This document shows positions 38,794 through 46,375 of a DNA stretch of 64,000 nt, one piece after another. The first letter of the stretch is position 1. Each line of letters opens with the position of its first letter. The stretch comes from an uncultured Collinsella sp. (GTDB taxonomy: Bacteria; Actinomycetota; Coriobacteriia; Coriobacteriales; Coriobacteriaceae), in contig UQPJ01000001.1 in the NCBI GenBank assembly GCA_900543015.1, positions 7,283 to 71,282 of the forward strand, in the 5' to 3' direction. The notes beneath the pieces were generated by a model. That model did no database searches and was not told where the DNA came from. It saw nothing but the letters and a program-made list of their open reading frames with translations. A program made the translations under genes and the position numbers.

Positions 38794-39627
38794 ATGGCAG
38801 GCCTGTTCAACATCCTTAAGGTCACCGTCAGCGAGGACAAGATCTGCGCGCATGTGCTGGTGAACCCCGGCATGCCGCTCATGACCTCGGAGGACATCGA
38901 GGCCACGGCGCGCGTGTACTACCTGGTACCGGCGATTGCCAAGCACCTGTGCCTGGGTGATTCCGGCCGCGAGTTCCAGGACTGCATGGGTCAGACCGAG
39001 CTCTGCCACCTGCTGGAGCACGTGACGGTCGAGCTCATGAACGAGACCGGGCTTGCTGGCAGCATTTCGTGCGGCCGCACCCGCGTAAGCGAGCATGACG
39101 AGCGTGTCTTTGAGGTCGAGCTTTCGTGCCCCGACGACGCACTGGCCATCGGTGCGCTGTCGTCGGCCACCTTTATGATGGACTGGGCGTACCTGCACGC
39201 CGACCAGCCTGCCCCCGACGTGGAAGGCACGGTCGCGGGCCTGCGCAACCTGGTGCTGGGCATGCGCGCCGAGGCCGAGGGCAAGGATCCTCACGAGGCC
39301 GTCGCTGCTGCGAACGGCGAAGATGCTGCCGAGGACGAGGGCGCTGACGAGGGCGATGTGCCGGTCGACGCCGAGCCCGTTGCCGATGCGACCGCCGAGC
39401 CCGTTCCCACCGAGCCCCAGGGCGTCCCCAACTTTGATGACGAGCCCCAGGTGGCGATTGATACCGAGGGCGCGGTTGCCGAGAACCACGAGGCCTCCGC
39501 TGCCGTCTTTGGCGGTGCGGCGACGGTTCCGGCAGGACCTGCGCATGAGGGCGGCCTGCCGCTCGTGGACGGCGCCGGCGAGGACCCGGGCGCCACGGTG
39601 GCCATGCCGGCTATGCCTCAGGAGTAG
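38794..39627 (+). CDS. Stand-alone cyanophycin synthetase N-terminal-like domain with acidic tail
   Basis: H-x-C, HLLEHVTVEL and GRTR resemble the CphA N domain; no ATP-grasp or Mur-ligase domain. Confidence 0.7.
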   Translation: MAGLFNILKVTVSEDKICAHVLVNPGMPLMTSEDIEATARVYYLVPAIAKHLCLGDSGREFQDCMGQTELCHLLEHVTVELMNETGLAGSISCGRTRVSEHDERVFEVELSCPDDALAIGALSSATFMMDWAYLHADQPAPDVEGTVAGLRNLVLGMRAEAEGKDPHEAVAAANGEDAAEDEGADEGDVPVDAEPVADATAEPVPTEPQGVPNFDDEPQVAIDTEGAVAENHEASAAVFGGAATVPAGPAHEGGLPLVDGAGEDPGATVAMPAMPQE

Positions 39628-39763
39628 GCCTACGCGTTTATCACCATCACGTACCTGCGCCTTTGCCGTACGCAGATGAGCGGAGCGGCAAGTGATGCGC
39701 TGCGGGTATAATGGACAGCATTCAAACGGTGGGCACCGACGTGCCCGCAGGAGAGGAATGATC

Positions 39764-40153
39764 ATGGGTAAGACTTTCAGCTTTGTCTCCGGCGCACTTT
39801 TTGGTGCCGCTGCCGGCGCTATTATCGGCGTTGCTCTGGCCCCGCGCTCGGGCGCCGAGACCCGCGCCATGGCTGCCGATATCGCCAACGACGCCTGGGA
39901 CAATATGCGCGACACCTACGAGCACAGCGCCGAGGAGGCCCGTGCCGCGGTGAATGACTTTGGCCCGATGGTCGACGCCAAGACCGACGACCTGCGTGCC
40001 AAGGTCGACCTGGCCCGCGAGCGCATGGACCAGCTGCGCGAGCAGCTCAACGACGCCATTTCGGGTGGCAACGTGACGCCTGCCGCCGATGTCGTGGTCG
40101 AGAACGCCGTCGAGGCTGATACCGAGGCTGCGGAGCCCTCGACCGAGGCATAA
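39764..40153 (+). CDS. YtxH-domain protein
   Basis: GALFGAAAG..GVALAPRSGAETR followed by a coiled coil. Confidence 0.85.
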   Translation: MGKTFSFVSGALFGAAAGAIIGVALAPRSGAETRAMAADIANDAWDNMRDTYEHSAEEARAAVNDFGPMVDAKTDDLRAKVDLARERMDQLREQLNDAISGGNVTPAADVVVENAVEADTEAAEPSTEA

Positions 40154-40908
40154 TGCGCGCCGGGGATTTTGTCGGCGCCAAGATCTATCGCAAGCCTACC
40201 GAGGACAAGCGCACCAAAAAGGACGGCACACCGCGCAGCCCTAAAAAGCTCGGAAAGATTCACTTTCCGGTCTTTACCCCGGGCGGTACGCGTGTGGTCG
40301 GCTTTATGGTCCGCCAGTCCGATATCGCGGGCATGATCGAGCGCCCCGACCGATTCGTAGCGCTCGACGCCATTGGTGTCTACGAGGGCGCCATTGCGGT
40401 CGATGACGTCAAGGACACGTACGATGCCGCCGCCGCCAAGCGCCTCGACATCAACCTGGACGATTGCATCATCTGGGTTGGCATGGACGTGCGCACGGAA
40501 TCGGGCGATGTCGTGGGCTACTGCTCGGACGTTGAGTTCAAGCCGCGCTCGGGCATCGTGCAGGCATTCTATGTGACCGCCGGTGCCGCTTCGAGCGTGC
40601 TGGTGGGCGACACGCAGGTGCCGCCGACGATGCTGCGCGGCTACGAGAACGGCGCGATGATTGTCTCGGACGAGGTCAAGGCGCTCGGGTATTCGGGCGG
40701 TGCGGCTGCCAAGGCCGCCGAGGCCAGCGTCGTGGTGGGCGATAAGGTCAAGAAGGGCGCCAAGGTGCTCGATGACAAGGGATCGGTCGCCGTGGACAAG
40801 GGCAGCCGCGCACTGGGCAAGCAGCTTGGCAAGACGCGCGGCATGTTCAAGGCCTTTAAGGACGAATACCAAAAGGCGAGCGGAGGCTCGTCAAAAGCTA
40901 CAAAATAG
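40153..40908 (+). CDS. PRC-barrel domain protein
   Basis: VGMDVRTESGDVVGYCSDVEF and a second PRC-like repeat. Confidence 0.75.
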   Translation: MRAGDFVGAKIYRKPTEDKRTKKDGTPRSPKKLGKIHFPVFTPGGTRVVGFMVRQSDIAGMIERPDRFVALDAIGVYEGAIAVDDVKDTYDAAAAKRLDINLDDCIIWVGMDVRTESGDVVGYCSDVEFKPRSGIVQAFYVTAGAASSVLVGDTQVPPTMLRGYENGAMIVSDEVKALGYSGGAAAKAAEASVVVGDKVKKGAKVLDDKGSVAVDKGSRALGKQLGKTRGMFKAFKDEYQKASGGSSKATK

Positions 40909-40980
40909 CGACGTACCAAATGATGGGAGGCAAGCCGGAGACCTGTTGCTCCGGCTTGCTGTGTTTATGGGGGAGGGCAC

Positions 40981-42387
40981 ATGCGCCAAAACGGATCCAA
41001 CTTAAACGGGCGTTCGGGTGCGCGTCCGACGGCGCGCCGCGACCTGGGGCAGCTGCCCAGCGGTCAGCGCCGCCGTCGCCGTAAGCCCGGCGCGATGTAC
41101 CTCAACCATAGCCGCGGGTTTAGCGACCGCAGCGCGCGCATCGGCAACGGGCGCTCGCCGCGCCGACCGTCCCGTCTGCCCTATGCGCTCATCGCCGTGG
41201 GTTGCGCACTCGTGCTGTTTATCGCTGCCGTCGTGGGCTACGTCAACCGCAGCGTGGACGTGGAGCTCAACGGCCAGAAGACCGCGGTGCGCGTCGGCTC
41301 TACGCTGCAGAATCTCATCGACGACCAGGAGTTGACTGACACCTACGACGCAGGCGACCTGCTGGCCGTCGATGACAGCGTGCTGACCCGCCATGGCGGC
41401 GAAAAGCTGTCGGTTAAGGTGGACGGCAAGCGCATAAAACAGGGTAAGTGGAAAAGCCGCGAACTTGAGGGCGGCGAGAAGGTGACGGTCAAGGATGGCC
41501 GTAACACCTACGAGAAGCACGAGGTTCAGGCTACGGTTATCGAGCCCAAGCTCAAGGTCGAGGGCACGGGCGCTATCGAGTATGTGCAGACGTGGGGTGT
41601 CCAGGGCCGCTCGGAGGTGTGGGTCGGCGAGCAATCGGGTAAGACGCAGGACCGCGGCGAGGTTGTGCCCGCTACCGATTGCGTCGTTGCGTGCGCGAGC
41701 GTGGCGCCCAAGGGCAACGAAAAGTACGTGGCGCTGACGTTTGATGAGGGCCCGAGCGGAGCGACCAAGCAGATTTTGCAGGTACTCAAGGAAAAGGGCG
41801 TCACCGCGACGTTCTTCCTTTCGGGCGATGCGGTCGAGGCCTCGTCCGCCACGGCCAAGGCGATTGTCGATGCCGGGTGCGAAATCGGATCCAACAGCTA
41901 CAGCGACGATTCGCTCAAGGGTCAGGACCGTGAGGCGGTACGCGAGCAGATCACGAAAGGCACCGATGCGATTAAGTCGGCGACCGGCGTGAAGACGATG
42001 CTGCTGCGTGCTCCCTACGCTGCCTTTGACGAACAAAACTGGATTGATGCGATGGACCTGGTCTCCGCCGTGGTCTCGTGGAATATTGACTCGGGCGACT
42101 GGCTGCTCAACGGTGCCGACGAGCAGGTCTCGACGGTGCTCGATTCGGTGACGCCGGGCAATATCGTGCTGCTCACCGATAGAGACGAATGCGCCGAGCA
42201 GACGCTCGAGGCGCTGCCGCAGATTATCGACGGCCTCATTGCCGACGGCTACAAGATCGTGACGCTCAGCGACCTGGTTAAGACGGACACGTCGCTGAGC
42301 AAAAAGCTCACCTCGCTGACGAAGGTCACCATGCCCAAGGACGCCGTGTTCCCCCAACTTGCCGAGGACGATGACACCACAGAGTAG
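40981..42387 (+). CDS. Membrane-anchored polysaccharide-deacetylase (CE4/NodB)-like protein with altered active site
   Basis: Arg-rich N-terminus and TM; VALTFDEGP, ATFF, GSNSYSD, RAPY, WNIDSGDW, IVLLTD. Confidence 0.82.
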   Translation: MRQNGSNLNGRSGARPTARRDLGQLPSGQRRRRRKPGAMYLNHSRGFSDRSARIGNGRSPRRPSRLPYALIAVGCALVLFIAAVVGYVNRSVDVELNGQKTAVRVGSTLQNLIDDQELTDTYDAGDLLAVDDSVLTRHGGEKLSVKVDGKRIKQGKWKSRELEGGEKVTVKDGRNTYEKHEVQATVIEPKLKVEGTGAIEYVQTWGVQGRSEVWVGEQSGKTQDRGEVVPATDCVVACASVAPKGNEKYVALTFDEGPSGATKQILQVLKEKGVTATFFLSGDAVEASSATAKAIVDAGCEIGSNSYSDDSLKGQDREAVREQITKGTDAIKSATGVKTMLLRAPYAAFDEQNWIDAMDLVSAVVSWNIDSGDWLLNGADEQVSTVLDSVTPGNIVLLTDRDECAEQTLEALPQIIDGLIADGYKIVTLSDLVKTDTSLSKKLTSLTKVTMPKDAVFPQLAEDDDTTE

Positions 42388-42418
42388 TCATTGGGTAGTC
42401 GTTTAAGAACGTCCCCAA
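42385..42418. repeat. Partial family-D repeat
   Basis: TAGTCATTGGG and AGTCGTTTAAGAACGTCCCCAA match 30168-30195 in forward and reverse orientation. Confidence 0.7.
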
Positions 42419-42501
42419 GGGCTATGTCACGGATACGTCAGCGTTTGGTATGCCTGCAATGTGCAGCGCATAAATTCGATGCCGCAGGGCGATGCTGATG
42501 C

Positions 42502-42715
42502 TATAGTTACTGCGGTTAATGAGGGTCAAGAGAAAGGTTACAGGTGAAATCCAAACCTCGACCATACAGTCGATGACCCCATGCAGGTGCTTTTTGCGCA
42601 TGCACGGGGTGTAAGCGTCGAGCGGCGTGCCGCCCGCGCATGCGTATACATATCCAGAAGCCCCCGGACGCCGCACGCGCGGCCGCGTCCGGAGGAATAA
42701 TGATGGGGAGCACCA
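42502..42715 (+). promoter_or_regulatory. Candidate structured 5' leader upstream of the Mg2+ transport locus
   Basis: TATAGT -10-like box at 42502, about 200-nt leader, mutually exclusive helices. Confidence 0.4.
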
Positions 42716-44560
42716 TTGAATTATCTGAGTGAGATGCTCAAATTGCCGGTCTTGGACGTCGACGGCGAAAAGCTCGGCGTGGTCAACGATTTTGGCATTG
42801 CTACCGGCGAAGTTTTTCCGCACGTAACGTCGCTCGCGTTCCGCGGCCCCGGCAAGACGCCGTTTATGATCAGCTGGCGCAAATGGGTCGACCGTATCGA
42901 CGAGACGGGCGTGTATCTCAACACGTCTGCCACCAATATTCGCTTCTCGTACCTGCAGCCGACCGAGCTCCTGCTGGCGCGCGACGTGCTCAATAAGCAG
43001 ATCGTCGACACGCAGGGCATGAAGGTCGTGCGTGTCAACGACATCAAGTTTTCCATGTCGGGCGAAAACCAGCTGCGCCTGCTGGGCGCCGAGGTCGGTG
43101 CCCGCGGTCTGCTACGTGCCATCAGCCCCGCACTCGAGCACGTCGTCGAGGGCTTTATGAAGCACCTGGGCAAGCCGCTCAGCGAGGACATCATCGCTTG
43201 GTCCTACATGGACCTGCTCGACCGCTCGACTAAAAACATCCAACTCTCGGTGTCGCACAAGACGCTCGGCGAGCTGCACCCTGCCGACATCGCCGACATT
43301 ATCGAGCAGCTCGACCCGCGCCTGCGTGCGCAGGTGTTTGCGCAGCTCGATACTGCCCAGGCCGCCGAGGCCATCTCGGAGTTCGATGACGACGAGCTTA
43401 TGACCGAGATGCTCGAGGGCCTGTCCGACACCGACGCATCGTCGATGCTGGCCATGATGGACCCGGACGACGCTGCCGACCTGATCGACGAGCTTGATTA
43501 CGAGAAGGCCGAGAAGCTCCTGCGCCTGATGGGCGTCAAGGAGGAGAAGGCGATTCGTAACCTGCTGGGGTATGAGGACAACACCGCCGGCCGCATTATG
43601 ACCTCGGAGTTTGTCTCCCTGCCCGCTACGGCAACGGTCGGTGACGCCATCGAGGCGATTCGCGAGCTCGACGAGGACTTCGAGAGCGTCTATTACGTCT
43701 ATACCGAGGATCCGAGTGGCATGCTGACCGGCGTGCTTTCGCTGCGCACGCTGATCGTAGCCGACCGCGACGCCACGCTGGGTCAGTTGGCCTATCGCGA
43801 CCTGGTCTATGTGTCGCCCGACGAGGACCAGGAAGACGTGACGGACGAGATGACCAAGTACGACCTGGTCGCTATCCCCGTCTGCGACGAGAACCGCCAC
43901 ATCCTGGGCATCGTGACCTTCGACGACGCCATGGACGTTATCGCCGAGGAGCATCAGGAGGACCTGCAGATCGCCGGTGTCGGCTCGGGTGACAGCGCGT
44001 CCGACGACTCGACGAACGTGCTCAGCTGGTTCGTGCATCGCCAGTACTGGGTTGTTGTATGGGGCATCGCATCGTGCATCATGGCGACCGTGCTGGGAAC
44101 GGCGCTCGGCTCCGCGCATCTGGTGGTGTTCCCCATGTGCGCCATGCCGCTCGTGCTGCTGGCGGCCTCGCGCATGGTGTCGTTCGTCAAGAACTACTTC
44201 CTGGAGTATGACGGTCACGACGACGAGCCCAAGCCGTATCTGGGGTTCTTCTTCCAGAGCACGGGCATGGGCCTGATTCTGTCGCTCGTGACCTACCTGT
44301 GCGCCCAGCTGGTGCGCACCGCTGCGTTCCCCGATGCGCCCATGTTTGAGGAGCAACTCTTTACCGGGTGCTTTAATATCGCTGCCATCATTTGCCTGGT
44401 TGGCAACATGAGTGCCGTGATTTACCTGATGGTGCTGTTCTGGCGTGACGAGCATGACCTCAACACGTCGGGCACCGCCATGAACGTCATTGCCGTCATG
44501 ATCTCGTGTGTGGCGTATTGCATCGCCGCGGTGCTGCTCGCCATGTCGGTCATGGGTTAG
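42716..44560 (+). CDS. MgtE-like protein (PRC barrels, MgtE_N, CBS pair, divergent TM domain)
   Basis: LHPADIADI, MDPDDAADL, TAGRIMT, YYVY, GIVTFDDAMD; TTG start after GGGGAG. Confidence 0.85.
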   Translation: MNYLSEMLKLPVLDVDGEKLGVVNDFGIATGEVFPHVTSLAFRGPGKTPFMISWRKWVDRIDETGVYLNTSATNIRFSYLQPTELLLARDVLNKQIVDTQGMKVVRVNDIKFSMSGENQLRLLGAEVGARGLLRAISPALEHVVEGFMKHLGKPLSEDIIAWSYMDLLDRSTKNIQLSVSHKTLGELHPADIADIIEQLDPRLRAQVFAQLDTAQAAEAISEFDDDELMTEMLEGLSDTDASSMLAMMDPDDAADLIDELDYEKAEKLLRLMGVKEEKAIRNLLGYEDNTAGRIMTSEFVSLPATATVGDAIEAIRELDEDFESVYYVYTEDPSGMLTGVLSLRTLIVADRDATLGQLAYRDLVYVSPDEDQEDVTDEMTKYDLVAIPVCDENRHILGIVTFDDAMDVIAEEHQEDLQIAGVGSGDSASDDSTNVLSWFVHRQYWVVVWGIASCIMATVLGTALGSAHLVVFPMCAMPLVLLAASRMVSFVKNYFLEYDGHDDEPKPYLGFFFQSTGMGLILSLVTYLCAQLVRTAAFPDAPMFEEQLFTGCFNIAAIICLVGNMSAVIYLMVLFWRDEHDLNTSGTAMNVIAVMISCVAYCIAAVLLAMSVMG

Positions 44561-44568
44561 GTGGTCGC

Positions 44569-45831
44569 GTGCAAAATACCAAGCAAAAGTCGGGCACCAA
44601 GCAAAAGCTGACCATCGCGGCCATCTTTGGCGCTATGGGTCCCGGTCTGCTGGCGGCGCTTTCGGGCAATGACGCCGGCGGCATTGCAACGTATTCCAGT
44701 GCGGGCGCCAGCTATGGCTACAAGATGCTCTGGATGCTTCCCGTCATGACTGTGCTGCTCATCGTGACGCAGGAGACCGCGGCGCGTTGCGGCTGCGTGA
44801 CGGGCAAGGGCCTGGCATCGCTCATTCGCGAGCGCTTTGGCGTGCGCAAGAGTGTACTTGCTATGGCGGCGCTGTTGATCGCCAACACGGCTGTGACCAT
44901 TTCGGAGTTTGCGGGCATCGCCAGCGGTCTTGCTCTCTTTGGCGTGCCGGCGAGCATCTCGGTGCCGTTGGTGGCGCTGCTGGTATGGATGCTTACCATG
45001 TCGGGTAGTTTCCAGCGCATCGAGAAGATTTTGCTGCTGGTAAGCTGCGTGTTCGTGACCTACATCGTCGCCGCGTTTATGGCCGGCCCCAACTGGGGCG
45101 AGGTCGCGGTCGACTTGGTCGTCCCCAATATTCAAAACGACCCCAGCTACGTGTCGCTCGTGGTCGCAACGATCGGTACCACCATCGCACCGTGGATGAT
45201 CTTTTTGGCGCAGAACAACGTGGTCGATAAGAACGCGGGCGAGGACGACATCGTGCTGCAGCGTATTGATACCGTGAGCGGCTCGCTTGCCGCCGATGTT
45301 ATTGCCGGCTTTATTATCATCACGACCGGCACGGTGTTGTTCCCGGCGGGTATTCAGATTAGCGATGCTGCCGATGCTGCCCGCGCGCTGGAGCCTATTG
45401 CGGGTCAGTGGTCTACGGTACTGTTTGCCTCGGGCCTGGTCGCGGCGAGCTTCTTGGCTGCCTGCGTGCTGCCGGGCGTTACGTCGAGCGCTATCTGCGA
45501 GGCATTTGGCTGGGAGCGCGGTGCCGACCGCAGCTGGGACGAGGCCCCGGTCTATCGCGGCATCATTACTGCCATCATTGGCATCTCTGCCGTGCTGGTG
45601 CTCATGCCCGGCGTCGATCTGTTCCAGATCATGATGACCTCGCAGGTCATCAATGGCGTGCTACTGCCCGTGGTTCTGGTGTTCCAGGTGGTTATCGCTG
45701 CCGACCGTCACATTATGGGCGCCAACCGCAATGGCCGCGTGTGGAATGTGCTCACTTGGGCGACTATCGCCGTGATTACGGTGTTGACGGTCGTCATGTT
45801 TGTTCTGCAGGCGATGGGCTACAGCGCTTAG
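44569..45831 (+). CDS. NRAMP-related Mg2+ transporter (NRMT-type)
   Basis: GPGLLAALSGNDAGGIATYS (DAGG replaces DPGN) and TIGTTIAPW; GTG start. Confidence 0.85.
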   Translation: MQNTKQKSGTKQKLTIAAIFGAMGPGLLAALSGNDAGGIATYSSAGASYGYKMLWMLPVMTVLLIVTQETAARCGCVTGKGLASLIRERFGVRKSVLAMAALLIANTAVTISEFAGIASGLALFGVPASISVPLVALLVWMLTMSGSFQRIEKILLLVSCVFVTYIVAAFMAGPNWGEVAVDLVVPNIQNDPSYVSLVVATIGTTIAPWMIFLAQNNVVDKNAGEDDIVLQRIDTVSGSLAADVIAGFIIITTGTVLFPAGIQISDAADAARALEPIAGQWSTVLFASGLVAASFLAACVLPGVTSSAICEAFGWERGADRSWDEAPVYRGIITAIIGISAVLVLMPGVDLFQIMMTSQVINGVLLPVVLVFQVVIAADRHIMGANRNGRVWNVLTWATIAVITVLTVVMFVLQAMGYSA

Positions 45832-45849
45832 CGCCCACTTTTGCTTCCG

Positions 45850-45885
45850 AACAGGCCGTAGCGATGGACTGCGGCCTGTTTTTTG
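45850..45885 (+). terminator. Intrinsic terminator
   Basis: AACAGGCCGTAG...CTGCGGCCTGTT followed by a T run. Confidence 0.75.
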
Positions 45886-45914
45886 CCCGCTATAGGGCGT
45901 TAGTTATATGGCAT

Positions 45915-46141
45915 TGGACAAAAATGCCAAATATGAGTACTGTTGCCTTGCCGATAGCATTTACGACCAAGAAAATAATGAACATAGTTAAGAATCTGTT
46001 TATTAAAAGCGGGTCTCCAAGTCCTACGCCGGCCATTCTGGTCAACTGGAAGGGTCGTGCGCTACCGCATGAGCGCCATTTTGGGTGGTTTTGCCTGCTA
46101 CTAAAATGGTAACAGTACTCATATTTGCCACTTTTTGTCCA
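45915..46141. repeat. 227-bp AT-rich element with imperfect ~33-bp terminal inverted repeats (MITE-like)
   Basis: TGGACAAAAATGCCAAATATGAGTACTGTTGCC versus GGTAACAGTACTCATATTTGCCACTTTTTGTCCA. Confidence 0.75.
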
Positions 46142-46375
46142 CGACCTCTTGGAGTCGGCGCGAAAAGAGTGATTTTGGGTTGTTTGCTGCGGGTGTGGGC
46201 TTGGAAACAACGTTCGGGGTGGCGAGGCGCCCAGAATTCGGTCGCAAGGAGGGCGTTCCTCGGCTGTGTCAGGAGTGTCCCTGGGTGCCGGCATATAAGG
46301 AACGTCCCTAACTGCCGGAGGGGGTGCCTGCCGTGGCAGGCACCCCCTCCGGATGTGGGAAGTTTGCGCTGCAGG

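Noticed and set aside
42502..42715. Known M-box (ykoK) or yybP-ykoY riboswitch
   Set aside because: Consensus blocks could not be matched by eye; kept only as an unassigned candidate leader
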